Source: an uncultured Ignavibacteriaceae bacterium (GTDB lineage: Bacteria; Bacteroidota; Ignavibacteria; UBA10030). From it: a DNA stretch of 51,208 bases. Shown here in pieces: positions 1-7,018 of the stretch (positions are counted from its first letter, which is position 1; the number at the start of each line of letters is the position of its first letter). The stretch spans positions 1 to 51,208 of the forward strand of contig CAZOIM010000005.1 of the NCBI GenBank assembly GCA_964579855.1. The letters run 5' to 3'. The notes beneath the pieces were generated by a model. That model made no database searches. It worked only from the letters and a program-made list of their open reading frames with translations, and was not told where the DNA came from. The position numbers and the translations under genes were made by a program.

Positions 1-1563
1 AAGAAGATTGAAAAATTCGTCTCCGACATGACACGTGAATTCTCAGAGAACGGCAAGACTGATGTGTTCGACCCCGACACATTACCAGCAAGGTCAAAAA
101 GACGTGATGTCGATCTCAACCTGGAAAATGAAGGCAAGACCCAGACGTTCGAGGGCAACACTACTGTGAAAGAAGACCACACTATCAACTCCAATGTTGT
201 CGTCAAAGGAGGAGACTTGACGGTGTATGGAAAGATCGACGGGGATGTCCTGGTCGTTGGAGGATCGCTTTACGTTAAGGATGGAGGAAGGATTACGGGT
301 AATGCTCGTATCATCAATGGCACGATCGTAAAAGAGGATGGAGGGATCATTGATGGTTATACAGACAAGACGAGCTCCAAGACGGTCGAGTACAGGGAAA
401 ATCGACATCGGTTTTCACATCCCGGTAACTTATTCATGGCACCGTGGATAAGCGAGAACGCAAACCTGGATAATTTCATATTCCGCTATAACAGGGTTGA
501 AGGGCTGTTCCTTGGCCTCGGGACAGAAAAAAAATATAATTGGGATGGGCGAAGAGAGTTTAATACGTATGGATCCGTTGGCTGGGGTTTCCGATCGCAT
601 ACGTGGCGGGGCAATCTCGGCATTGCAAGACAATTTCCACTGAATATTGCTGAAGGCGATGAGCTGTTTGAAATCGGCGTAGAAGGATACAGTCTTACAG
701 ATTCCAAAGATCAGTGGTTGATTGATGTGCACGAGAACACTGCCGCGGCGCTCCTGATTCACGAAGATTTTCGCGATTACTTCCAGCGCAATGGATATTC
801 CGGACACGTCGCCTATTATTCACAAAATGATTATCTCAAGACAGAATTGAAGGCTGCGTACCTGGTTGACGATTATGCCTCGCTCGGTAACAATACGGAA
901 TGGGCGCTATTCGGCGGTGACAAGTTGTTCCGGCCGAATCCAAAGATCAACGACGGTAAAATGCGAAGTGTGCTTACGTCAGCGGGAATCAGCACGGAGA
1001 GCAAATCGGCCCGTGGTCCCGAAGGTTGGAGTCTCTTTGGCTCGTTTGAGTACGGTCCGAAAACACTCGGTGGCGCTTTTAATTTTGATCAGTATGTTCT
1101 CGACATACGTCGATTCCAGCCAATTTCGTCGTTCGACAATCTGAACATTCGGGTACGAGCAGGGACGTCCGATGGCACGCTGCCCATCCAGAAGTCATAT
1201 GATCTTGGAGGCCTCGGCACGCTCAACGGTTTTCCATTCAAAGTTGAGACTGGGAACAGAATGGTCCTCGTGAATGCAGAATACATCTTGAATGGAAGTG
1301 CGTTGGATGATTTGGATTTCTGGCCGAGTTGGCTCTTCCGTCACGTCAATCTTCTGTTTTTCAGCGATGCAGGCTTTGTACGCACTGCTGCGCAGAGTGA
1401 CGGTCCCACGGAAGGCTTTGAGAAAATCACCTGGAATGAATTCAAGAACGATATTGGTGCAGGATTTAGCAGCAGAAGTGGATCATTTAGAATTGGTATT
1501 GCGTGGCGGACAGATGTGAAAGCCCCAGCAAGGTTCGTGTTCAGATTTACACGACCTTTCTAG
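1..1563 (+). CDS. Outer-membrane beta-barrel protein (Omp85/surface-antigen-like barrel) with N-terminal bactofilin-like beta-helical repeats; probably 5'-truncated by the window edge
   Basis: ORF 28..1563. The frame stays open back to nt 1 and the visible N-terminus has no signal peptide, so the true start is probably upstream. The V/G/D-rich repeat segment VVVKGGDLTVYGKIDGDVLVVGGSLYVKDGGRITGNARIINGTIVKEDGGIIDG resembles bactofilin/DUF583 repeats. The C-terminal half has alternating-hydrophobic strands ending ...ARFVFRFTRPF, and a terminal aromatic residue is an OMP signature. Confidence 0.6.
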   Translation, partial: KKIEKFVSDMTREFSENGKTDVFDPDTLPARSKRRDVDLNLENEGKTQTFEGNTTVKEDHTINSNVVVKGGDLTVYGKIDGDVLVVGGSLYVKDGGRITGNARIINGTIVKEDGGIIDGYTDKTSSKTVEYRENRHRFSHPGNLFMAPWISENANLDNFIFRYNRVEGLFLGLGTEKKYNWDGRREFNTYGSVGWGFRSHTWRGNLGIARQFPLNIAEGDELFEIGVEGYSLTDSKDQWLIDVHENTAAALLIHEDFRDYFQRNGYSGHVAYYSQNDYLKTELKAAYLVDDYASLGNNTEWALFGGDKLFRPNPKINDGKMRSVLTSAGISTESKSARGPEGWSLFGSFEYGPKTLGGAFNFDQYVLDIRRFQPISSFDNLNIRVRAGTSDGTLPIQKSYDLGGLGTLNGFPFKVETGNRMVLVNAEYILNGSALDDLDFWPSWLFRHVNLLFFSDAGFVRTAAQSDGPTEGFEKITWNEFKNDIGAGFSSRSGSFRIGIAWRTDVKAPARFVFRFTRPF

Positions 1564-1582
1564 CCAATTTGAACGAGAAATG

Positions 1583-1618
1583 AAAAACCCCGGGGTTCGT
1601 TAGAACCCCGGGGTTTTT
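1583..1618. terminator. Bidirectional intrinsic terminator between convergent genes
   Basis: Perfect 16-bp inverted repeat AAAAACCCCGGGGTTC (1583-1598) / GAACCCCGGGGTTTTT (1603-1618) with loop GTTA. It reads as a GC-rich hairpin plus U-tract on both strands. It lies 20 nt after the + gene stop and 22 nt after the - gene stop. Confidence 0.85.
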
Positions 1619-1639
1619 TGTGCGCCTGATCGGAGCACT

Positions 1640-2182
1640 CTAGCTTCGTTTCACCCTCATCAACTCTTCAAGCAACTGCGATTTATTGGCGCGCGAAATT
1701 TCGCGTCCAAAAATCTTCAATCCTTCAACCCCGCGAGCGTGTCGTCGAAGCTCATGGACAGTCATGGCCTCAAGCGAAGTGAAGTACTCTTTTTGTTCTT
1801 CTGTCAACCCATCCGGCATGGCATAGGGGATTTCTGGAGTTGCTTCATCGTCTTCTTCGACCTTCCCCTCGTGCAATTCGTCCTCGACGTCTGGTTGCGT
1901 TCGGGAACCAGGTGTGTACAATATTGCCTCCAATCCTTCGGCCGGCCGCGGGATCACATGCTTGGAGACCAGTTCTCCTACGCGCTGGGCTGCTGCAGCA
2001 CCGGCTTCAACCGCCGAGCGAACCGCTGCCGTATCCCCCACAACTTTGATTGTAATCAGGGCTGGATTTGTTACTTCTTTTCCAACGAGCACAACGTTGG
2101 CAGTCTTCACCATTGCGTCGGCTGCTTCGATAGCGGCAACGAGTCCTCGTGTTTCGACCAAGCCCAGTGCGTAATCAATCAT
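1640..2182 (-). CDS. Bacterial microcompartment shell protein, BMC-H type (single Pfam00936-like domain), with a ~90-aa C-terminal extension
   Basis: The first ~95 aa align with the neighbouring canonical BMC-H ([26 protein letters not shown]...[32 protein letters not shown]). An acidic linker ([18 protein letters not shown]) follows, then a helical tail [38 protein letters not shown]. The ORF track starts at TTG 2197. ATG 2182 ([13 protein letters not shown]) is preferred because 2192-2201 forms the U-tract of the upstream hairpin. Confidence 0.85.
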   Translation of the reverse strand: MIDYALGLVETRGLVAAIEAADAMVKTANVVLVGKEVTNPALITIKVVGDTAAVRSAVEAGAAAAQRVGELVSKHVIPRPAEGLEAILYTPGSRTQPDVEDELHEGKVEEDDEATPEIPYAMPDGLTEEQKEYFTSLEAMTVHELRRHARGVEGLKIFGREISRANKSQLLEELMRVKRS

Positions 2183-2191
2183 AGGCAATAG

Positions 2192-2230
2192 AGACAAAAG
2201 AACCTGACCGGTGGTTCATTCCGATCAGGT
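2192..2230 (-). terminator. Intercistronic hairpin plus U-rich tract between the two BMC-H genes (candidate partial terminator/attenuator)
   Basis: On the transcribed (minus) strand: ACCUGAUCGG-aaugaacca-CCGGUCAGGU, a 10-bp stem with one G-U pair (2202-2211 / 2221-2230 in + coordinates), followed by UCUUUUGUCU. It begins 15 nt after the stop of the upstream shell gene. Confidence 0.5.
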
Positions 2231-2244
2231 CTTTGGGTGAAGTT

Positions 2245-2541
2245 TTACTTTTGGACGGGGCGTTTCGGAAGAATCATTTCCACATCGCTGTGAGGACGCG
2301 GAATAACGTGCACGGAAACCAATTCGCCGACTCGTTGCGCTGCTGCTGCTCCGGCATCTGTTGCGGCCTTCACGGCGCCAACATCTCCACGAACCATAAC
2401 CGTTACGTAGCCGCCGCCAATCTGTTCCTTGCCGATAAGTGTAACTTTAGCGGCCTTGACCATGGCATCAGCGGCTTCGATGGAGCCAACGAGTCCTTTC
2501 GTTTCGACCATGCCTAGTGCGTCCAGCGAAATATCAGACAT
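2245..2541 (-). CDS. Bacterial microcompartment shell protein, canonical BMC-H hexamer (PduA/EutM/CcmK-like)
   Basis: 98 aa with a textbook BMC-domain sequence: [76 protein letters not shown]. An AAGGAG Shine-Dalgarno sits 7 nt upstream of the ATG. Confidence 0.93.
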   Translation of the reverse strand: MSDISLDALGMVETKGLVGSIEAADAMVKAAKVTLIGKEQIGGGYVTVMVRGDVGAVKAATDAGAAAAQRVGELVSVHVIPRPHSDVEMILPKRPVQK

Positions 2542-2610
2542 TGAGATTCTCCTTTGGAAATGTTGAAAAGAGGCACTTTCTCGCCCATGAACAACGGGCA
2601 GGCTGCCGTT

Positions 2611-2639
2611 AATATATCGAATGACCCAATGAATGTCAA
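2611..2639 (-). promoter_or_regulatory. Sigma70-type promoter for the BMC-H operon
   Basis: Minus strand reads TTGACA (2639-2634), an exact 17-nt spacer, then TATATT (2616-2611). It lies about 65 nt upstream of the BMC-H ATG. Confidence 0.6.
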
Positions 2640-3168
2640 TATCGTGCTCCCAACATCGCTCGTTGTGTGCTCCATCAACTGTTTACCCCACTACTCTTGG
2701 ATGACGCTGTTATCCCGAGGCCTTAGCCTCATGAACTCTTGTCATGAATAAGGAGTCGAAACGTACTTTCGAATTCGGTATTCATTGAAATCTAACGGAC
2801 ACGTCGTATGCACTGTTAACACTTTAGACGAGGACTGCGGAGACGACAAGAAAGGACATCAACGCGAAACAGTCCGCATCTCGAGTTTAGCATTATGGCG
2901 CAGGTGCAAATCCAATGTCTCGATGTTGATACATACAATCAACAAGGAATCGTCGTGTCTCCTTTCTATTGGCTCTGCTTGTACGATCTACATGTTTTTG
3001 CGCCGAGTTGGATGAACTATTTGCTCGAAAACTTGTGTCCCGTGTCAATCAAAGCTGGTGAAATAGTATCAAGATATTGGTATCTTGTTCGCACGTTTTT
3101 CAGAAATTGAAAACTTCTTGAAGTAGTCGGATTCTGTTGAATGGCAGTTTGAATCTCAGATCTTAATT

Positions 3169-4356
3169 ATGACAAAGAACCAACAGGCTCATTCGCAATC
3201 AGAGATCGCTCAAAGTCTCTACGATTCATACGAAATCTATAAACGAAAAGAGATCATCTCCCGACGATTCAACCAAACGGATATGCTCCGGTGGTTGCAA
3301 CCCATGGTAGCATCGAATATAGTTCGGACAACCGATCTCGGTCGATCGGCGGAAGGACGGGCTATTTCTCTTTATGACTATGGCGACGGCCCGATCAAAG
3401 TGCTTCTTTGGTCTCAAATGCACGGCGATGAGCCCACTGCGACAATGGCCCTGCTCGATATTCTCAATTTCTTTGCCATTCAAAAAGAAGACGAAATCGC
3501 CAAAACAATTCGAGAGAATCTGTCGCTGTTAATCATCCCTATGCTCAACCCTGATGGAGCAGAACGGTTCACCCGTCGTACCGCACAACTTATTGATATG
3601 AATCGGGATGCGGCGGCGCTACGCACGCCCGAAGCGCAAATCCTGAAAGACGTTCAGTACAAATACCGACCGCAATTTGGGTTCAACCTCCACGATCAAG
3701 AAGCTCGTCTGACGGTCGGAACGACGAAAAACGTTGCGTCGATTGCACTGCTTGCTCCAGCGACAGATTCCTCGCGAACCGACAATGATGTGCGGTTCAA
3801 GGCAAAAAAAGTCGCTGCGGTGCTCGCAGAGGTTTTTAATCAACTCGTGCCAGGCCACACAGCAAAATATGATGACACGTTCGATCGGAGAGCTTTTGGT
3901 GACAGCGTGCAATTGTGGGGAACAAGCACAGTCCTCATCGAATCCGGCGGATGGCCGAACGATCGTGACAAAATGCAAATCCGGAAACTCAATTGTGTCG
4001 GGCTGCTTACAGCGCTCCATTCGATTGCGATCGCAGAGTATGCGAAAAAAGATGTTTCAGACTACGAATCGCTTCCATTCAACTCGAAAAACTTGTTCGA
4101 CGTTATCGTGCGTGGAGTTGAATTCAAAGGAGCCGCAGGAACGCGTGCAGTTCGTGTCGATATCGGAATCAATATTGAAGAATTGAATCATGATCCCGAC
4201 AGAACACGACTCATGGCAAAAGTCGTAGACATTGGAGATCTTGCTTCATATGGAGCGTTCGAGGAACGCGAAGGGAAAGGCATTACCATTTCATCTTCAG
4301 ATATTCAGTTGGAGAGGTCAGTTCCATGGGACGATCTAAAAATATTGTTGAAATAG
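3169..4356 (+). CDS. M14-family zinc carboxypeptidase
   Basis: HxxE zinc motif in WSQMHGDEPTATMALLD. NPDGAERFTRRTAQLIDMNRD matches the substrate-binding Arg/Asn-Arg region of M14 enzymes. A second zinc His lies in FGFNLHDQE. Confidence 0.75.
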   Translation: MTKNQQAHSQSEIAQSLYDSYEIYKRKEIISRRFNQTDMLRWLQPMVASNIVRTTDLGRSAEGRAISLYDYGDGPIKVLLWSQMHGDEPTATMALLDILNFFAIQKEDEIAKTIRENLSLLIIPMLNPDGAERFTRRTAQLIDMNRDAAALRTPEAQILKDVQYKYRPQFGFNLHDQEARLTVGTTKNVASIALLAPATDSSRTDNDVRFKAKKVAAVLAEVFNQLVPGHTAKYDDTFDRRAFGDSVQLWGTSTVLIESGGWPNDRDKMQIRKLNCVGLLTALHSIAIAEYAKKDVSDYESLPFNSKNLFDVIVRGVEFKGAAGTRAVRVDIGINIEELNHDPDRTRLMAKVVDIGDLASYGAFEEREGKGITISSSDIQLERSVPWDDLKILLK

Positions 4357-4570
4357 GATTGATTTGGTCGGGCATCTTAGGTTGGGTTGTAATCATTGCC
4401 TAATTTTAGTACGTTGAAGCCGGAGAAGATATGCGAAGAGTCAGTGTTCCATTTAACAACGCCCTAATTTCTTCCGAGCCGGAACTTGTCCCAGATGGCT
4501 TGTGTTACGATTATGGGTTGCCTGAGAGGTTCTCAGCTCGTTGTTCGTTGGGGACCACAGTAAGGTAACC

Positions 4571-5164
4571 ATGGTCAGAGTTCCTCCATCCGTCATTTCG
4601 GGTTCAACGCGGGAGCGGCACAAAGAATTTGAGGCGGAAGCCCTTCCTCATATGGATCTGTTGTACAATTTTGCCCTTCGTACGACTGGAAATGTAGACG
4701 ACGCGCGCGATTTGCTTCAGGAAACGTATCTCAAGGCATATCGTTTCTGGAACAAATACGAAAAGGGTACGAACATACGCGCGTGGCTCTTCCGGATTAT
4801 GAAGAACTCGTACATCAATCGGTACCGGAAGGAAACACGGGAACCGAGCAAGGTTGATTACGACGATGTCGAAAATTTTTACGATTCCATCCGGAGTTCA
4901 GCTACCGACACCAACGATTTGCAGGAGAGATTCTATGGTGGATTGCTTGGCGATGAAGTCACAACCGCATTGCAAAGCTTGCCGGAGGAATTTCGCACAG
5001 TAGTGATACTCTGTGATATTGAAGGACTGACGTACGAAGAGATCGCCGAATTTCTGGAATGCCCGATCGGCACCGTTAGGTCGAGGCTCCATAGAGGACG
5101 AAAATTGTTACAAGCTCAGTTATTTGAATACGCGAAGAAACAAGGGTTGATTGCCAGCGATTAG
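4571..5164 (+). CDS. ECF-type RNA polymerase sigma factor (sigma-70 group 4)
   Basis: Region 2 motif: DLLQETYLKAYRFWNKYEKGTNIRAWLFRIMKNSYINRYRK. Region 4 HTH: FRTVVILCDIEGLTYEEIAEFLECPIGTVRSRLHRGRKLL. The ORF track begins at TTG 4541; the in-frame ATG at 4571 is preferred. Confidence 0.9.
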   Translation: MVRVPPSVISGSTRERHKEFEAEALPHMDLLYNFALRTTGNVDDARDLLQETYLKAYRFWNKYEKGTNIRAWLFRIMKNSYINRYRKETREPSKVDYDDVENFYDSIRSSATDTNDLQERFYGGLLGDEVTTALQSLPEEFRTVVILCDIEGLTYEEIAEFLECPIGTVRSRLHRGRKLLQAQLFEYAKKQGLIASD

Positions 5165-5217
5165 AGCGGGAGTATGAACATGCAGGGTATGGGATATCGT
5201 CGGGTTGAGGTGAAGAG

Positions 5218-6042
5218 ATGAATTGCAGCGAGGCAGGCAATCTTATGGGCGGGGCAATCGACGGATCGATTCCGGCGATTACTCGAAGCAGTCTATTGGA
5301 GCACCTTGGATTTTGCCGGGGTTGTCGACGCTCATTCGAGCTCGAAACCATCACCAAAGGAGTTGTCAGAAGCCGATGCTCCCACGTTAGGACTCCTTCC
5401 GAAGTTGTTCAATCCATCCTTTTAACGATCACCACCCCACAACAGTCAGCATCACCATTCTTTCAATGGATTCAGGACACTTTTACCATGCAGCGCTTGC
5501 TGCCGGCGCTTGTGGCTTCGGTTGCTATCGTAGTTGCCCTTGTGTTCTTTGATACCCCCTCCGACGTCGAGGAAAGCGATGTACACACCGCTTCCAACGA
5601 TGTGATATTTCAATCGCTACAAAATTTTGCAAGACTGCAAAAAGGTGAATTGACGCCAACGATGGTGACCAATAAAGCCGAAGAAGTTCATCAATACCTG
5701 GATAAGAGCGGGATGGATTTTGCAATCGTTCAGCCGATGGATTGCTGCAGGTCGTATGGGGCCATGACTTCTGAATACAATGGAATCAAGCTTGCGCAGG
5801 TTGTCTACACCATGAGCGACGACGTCATGTACGTATACCAGGTGAAAAAAAATCTGGTCTTCAACGGATCAACTCTCATCATACCTCCGGCCGCAAGAAC
5901 CGCTCTCCAAAAAACAGGCTGGTACACAGATCCACGTCACCCGCATTGCAACGTTATCCTCTGGGTCGCAGATCAAACCCTCTGCGCCGCAGTCTCTTCG
6001 ATGAAAAAAGACGAGATGCTCGCGCTCCTCAACAGGAACTAG
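5218..6042 (+). CDS. Zinc-binding (ZAS-type) anti-sigma factor, single-pass membrane protein with an extracytoplasmic domain
   Basis: It lies immediately downstream of the ECF sigma gene. H-x3-C-x2-C motif in LEHLGFCRGCRRSF. One TM segment LLPALVASVAIVVALVFF. GAGGTG Shine-Dalgarno before the ATG. Confidence 0.75.
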   Translation: MNCSEAGNLMGGAIDGSIPAITRSSLLEHLGFCRGCRRSFELETITKGVVRSRCSHVRTPSEVVQSILLTITTPQQSASPFFQWIQDTFTMQRLLPALVASVAIVVALVFFDTPSDVEESDVHTASNDVIFQSLQNFARLQKGELTPTMVTNKAEEVHQYLDKSGMDFAIVQPMDCCRSYGAMTSEYNGIKLAQVVYTMSDDVMYVYQVKKNLVFNGSTLIIPPAARTALQKTGWYTDPRHPHCNVILWVADQTLCAAVSSMKKDEMLALLNRN

Positions 6043-6047
6043 AACTT

Positions 6048-6154
6048 ATCTCAAAAACACCTTCCTTGTCACCCCGAATTTGTTTGGGGGTCTATTCCCG
6101 GCAGAAAAAGAGATGCTGAAACCAGTTCAGCATGACTCCTTCTGTTTTTGAGAT
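6048..6154. repeat. Compound-hairpin intergenic element (REP/MITE-like) between convergent genes
   Basis: 12-bp perfect terminal inverted repeat ATCTCAAAAACA (6048-6059) / TGTTTTTGAGAT (6143-6154). It encloses an imperfect hairpin ACCCCGAA..TTTGGGGGT (6071-6091) and a perfect 8-bp hairpin ATGCTGAA-accag-TTCAGCAT (6113-6133). Confidence 0.5.
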
Positions 6155-6179
6155 GGATTCTAGTTTTTATCAGTACCCT

Positions 6180-6881
6180 CTACATTCCCAACGCAAGCCG
6201 GTCGGACAGCGCTCTGGGAAGTCCTGCGCGGAGGATCTTTTCTGCCGCTAGCTGTATTGGGTACTCGCTCCTGATATTCCTGTAGCTCCACATCTCGGTG
6301 TCGAAGATCCCAAAACTAAGTTTCGAGTTTCCGTCGCGGGGTTGACCAATACTTCCGACGTTTACAAGAAATCGCGATCCCCGGTTGACCGCTTTCGCGG
6401 GTCCATCCTCGGAAAAAACACCGGGGAAATGTGAATGGCCGATGAAACAGACTTGCTCCGTGAAATTCTGGAATGCAACTTCAAGGTCTTCTTCAGAAAG
6501 AACATAATACCATGACTCGGGTTGATAGGGTGATGAATGGACGAAGAGAATCTCGTCGCGACTGAATGTGTATGGCAGGCCTTCCAGGAATTGTCTGTTT
6601 TCTTGTGACAATTGCTGCCTTGTCCAGTCGGCGGCGATCCTCGCATTCTTTGTAAACGATTCCGCATTTTGGGAATCGACAGCCGCAGCATCATGATTTC
6701 CACGCAAGACAACTCGACAGCGACCCTTCACCAGACTCACGCATTCGTTGGGATTTGCTCCGTACCCAACGACATCTCCAAGACAAATTATCTCTTGGAC
6801 GGATTCCTGGTCAATCAGTTCTAGAGCTCTCGTCAGAGCTTCGAGGTTGGAATGAATATCCGAAATGATGGCAAATCGCAT
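6180..6881 (-). CDS. Metallophosphoesterase (calcineurin-like, YfcE/MJ0936-type)
   Basis: Motifs in order: ISDIHSN, GDVVGYG, GNHD, then GHSH. Confidence 0.8.
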   Translation of the reverse strand: MRFAIISDIHSNLEALTRALELIDQESVQEIICLGDVVGYGANPNECVSLVKGRCRVVLRGNHDAAAVDSQNAESFTKNARIAADWTRQQLSQENRQFLEGLPYTFSRDEILFVHSSPYQPESWYYVLSEEDLEVAFQNFTEQVCFIGHSHFPGVFSEDGPAKAVNRGSRFLVNVGSIGQPRDGNSKLSFGIFDTEMWSYRNIRSEYPIQLAAEKILRAGLPRALSDRLALGM

Positions 6882-6933
6882 GATCTAATTGAAAATAGTA
6901 CGGTAGAAGACAGAATTCGTATGACGTTGGGTC

Positions 6934-6962
6934 AATATAGACATTCTCCAATGTCAATTCAA
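6934..6962 (-). promoter_or_regulatory. Sigma70-type promoter for the metallophosphoesterase gene
   Basis: Minus strand reads TTGAAT (6962-6957), a 17-nt spacer, then TATATT (6939-6934). It lies about 50 nt upstream of the ATG at 6881. Confidence 0.55.
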
Positions 6963-7018
6963 CAACGCCTGCGAGGTTTCAATAGAAACTTGACCAATCA
7001 TTGTAGGGAAGCGGAACC

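Noticed and set aside
2554-3110. Three overlapping plus-strand ORFs (65-76 aa) in the 627-bp spacer upstream of the BMC operon
   Set aside because: They have no SD and odd Cys/Met/Trp-rich composition. They overlap one another in different frames, and the first covers the BMC promoter. I treat the region as a divergent regulatory spacer. I also looked here for a missed BMC-P gene on the minus strand and found no ORF of suitable length.
4481-4510. GGAACTT motif upstream of the ECF sigma gene as a possible autoregulated ECF promoter
   Set aside because: The -35-like GGAACTT is present. However, no CGT/GTC-type -10 element occurs at the expected 16-17 nt spacing; the nearest ACGA is about 21 nt away. 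This is not enough to call.
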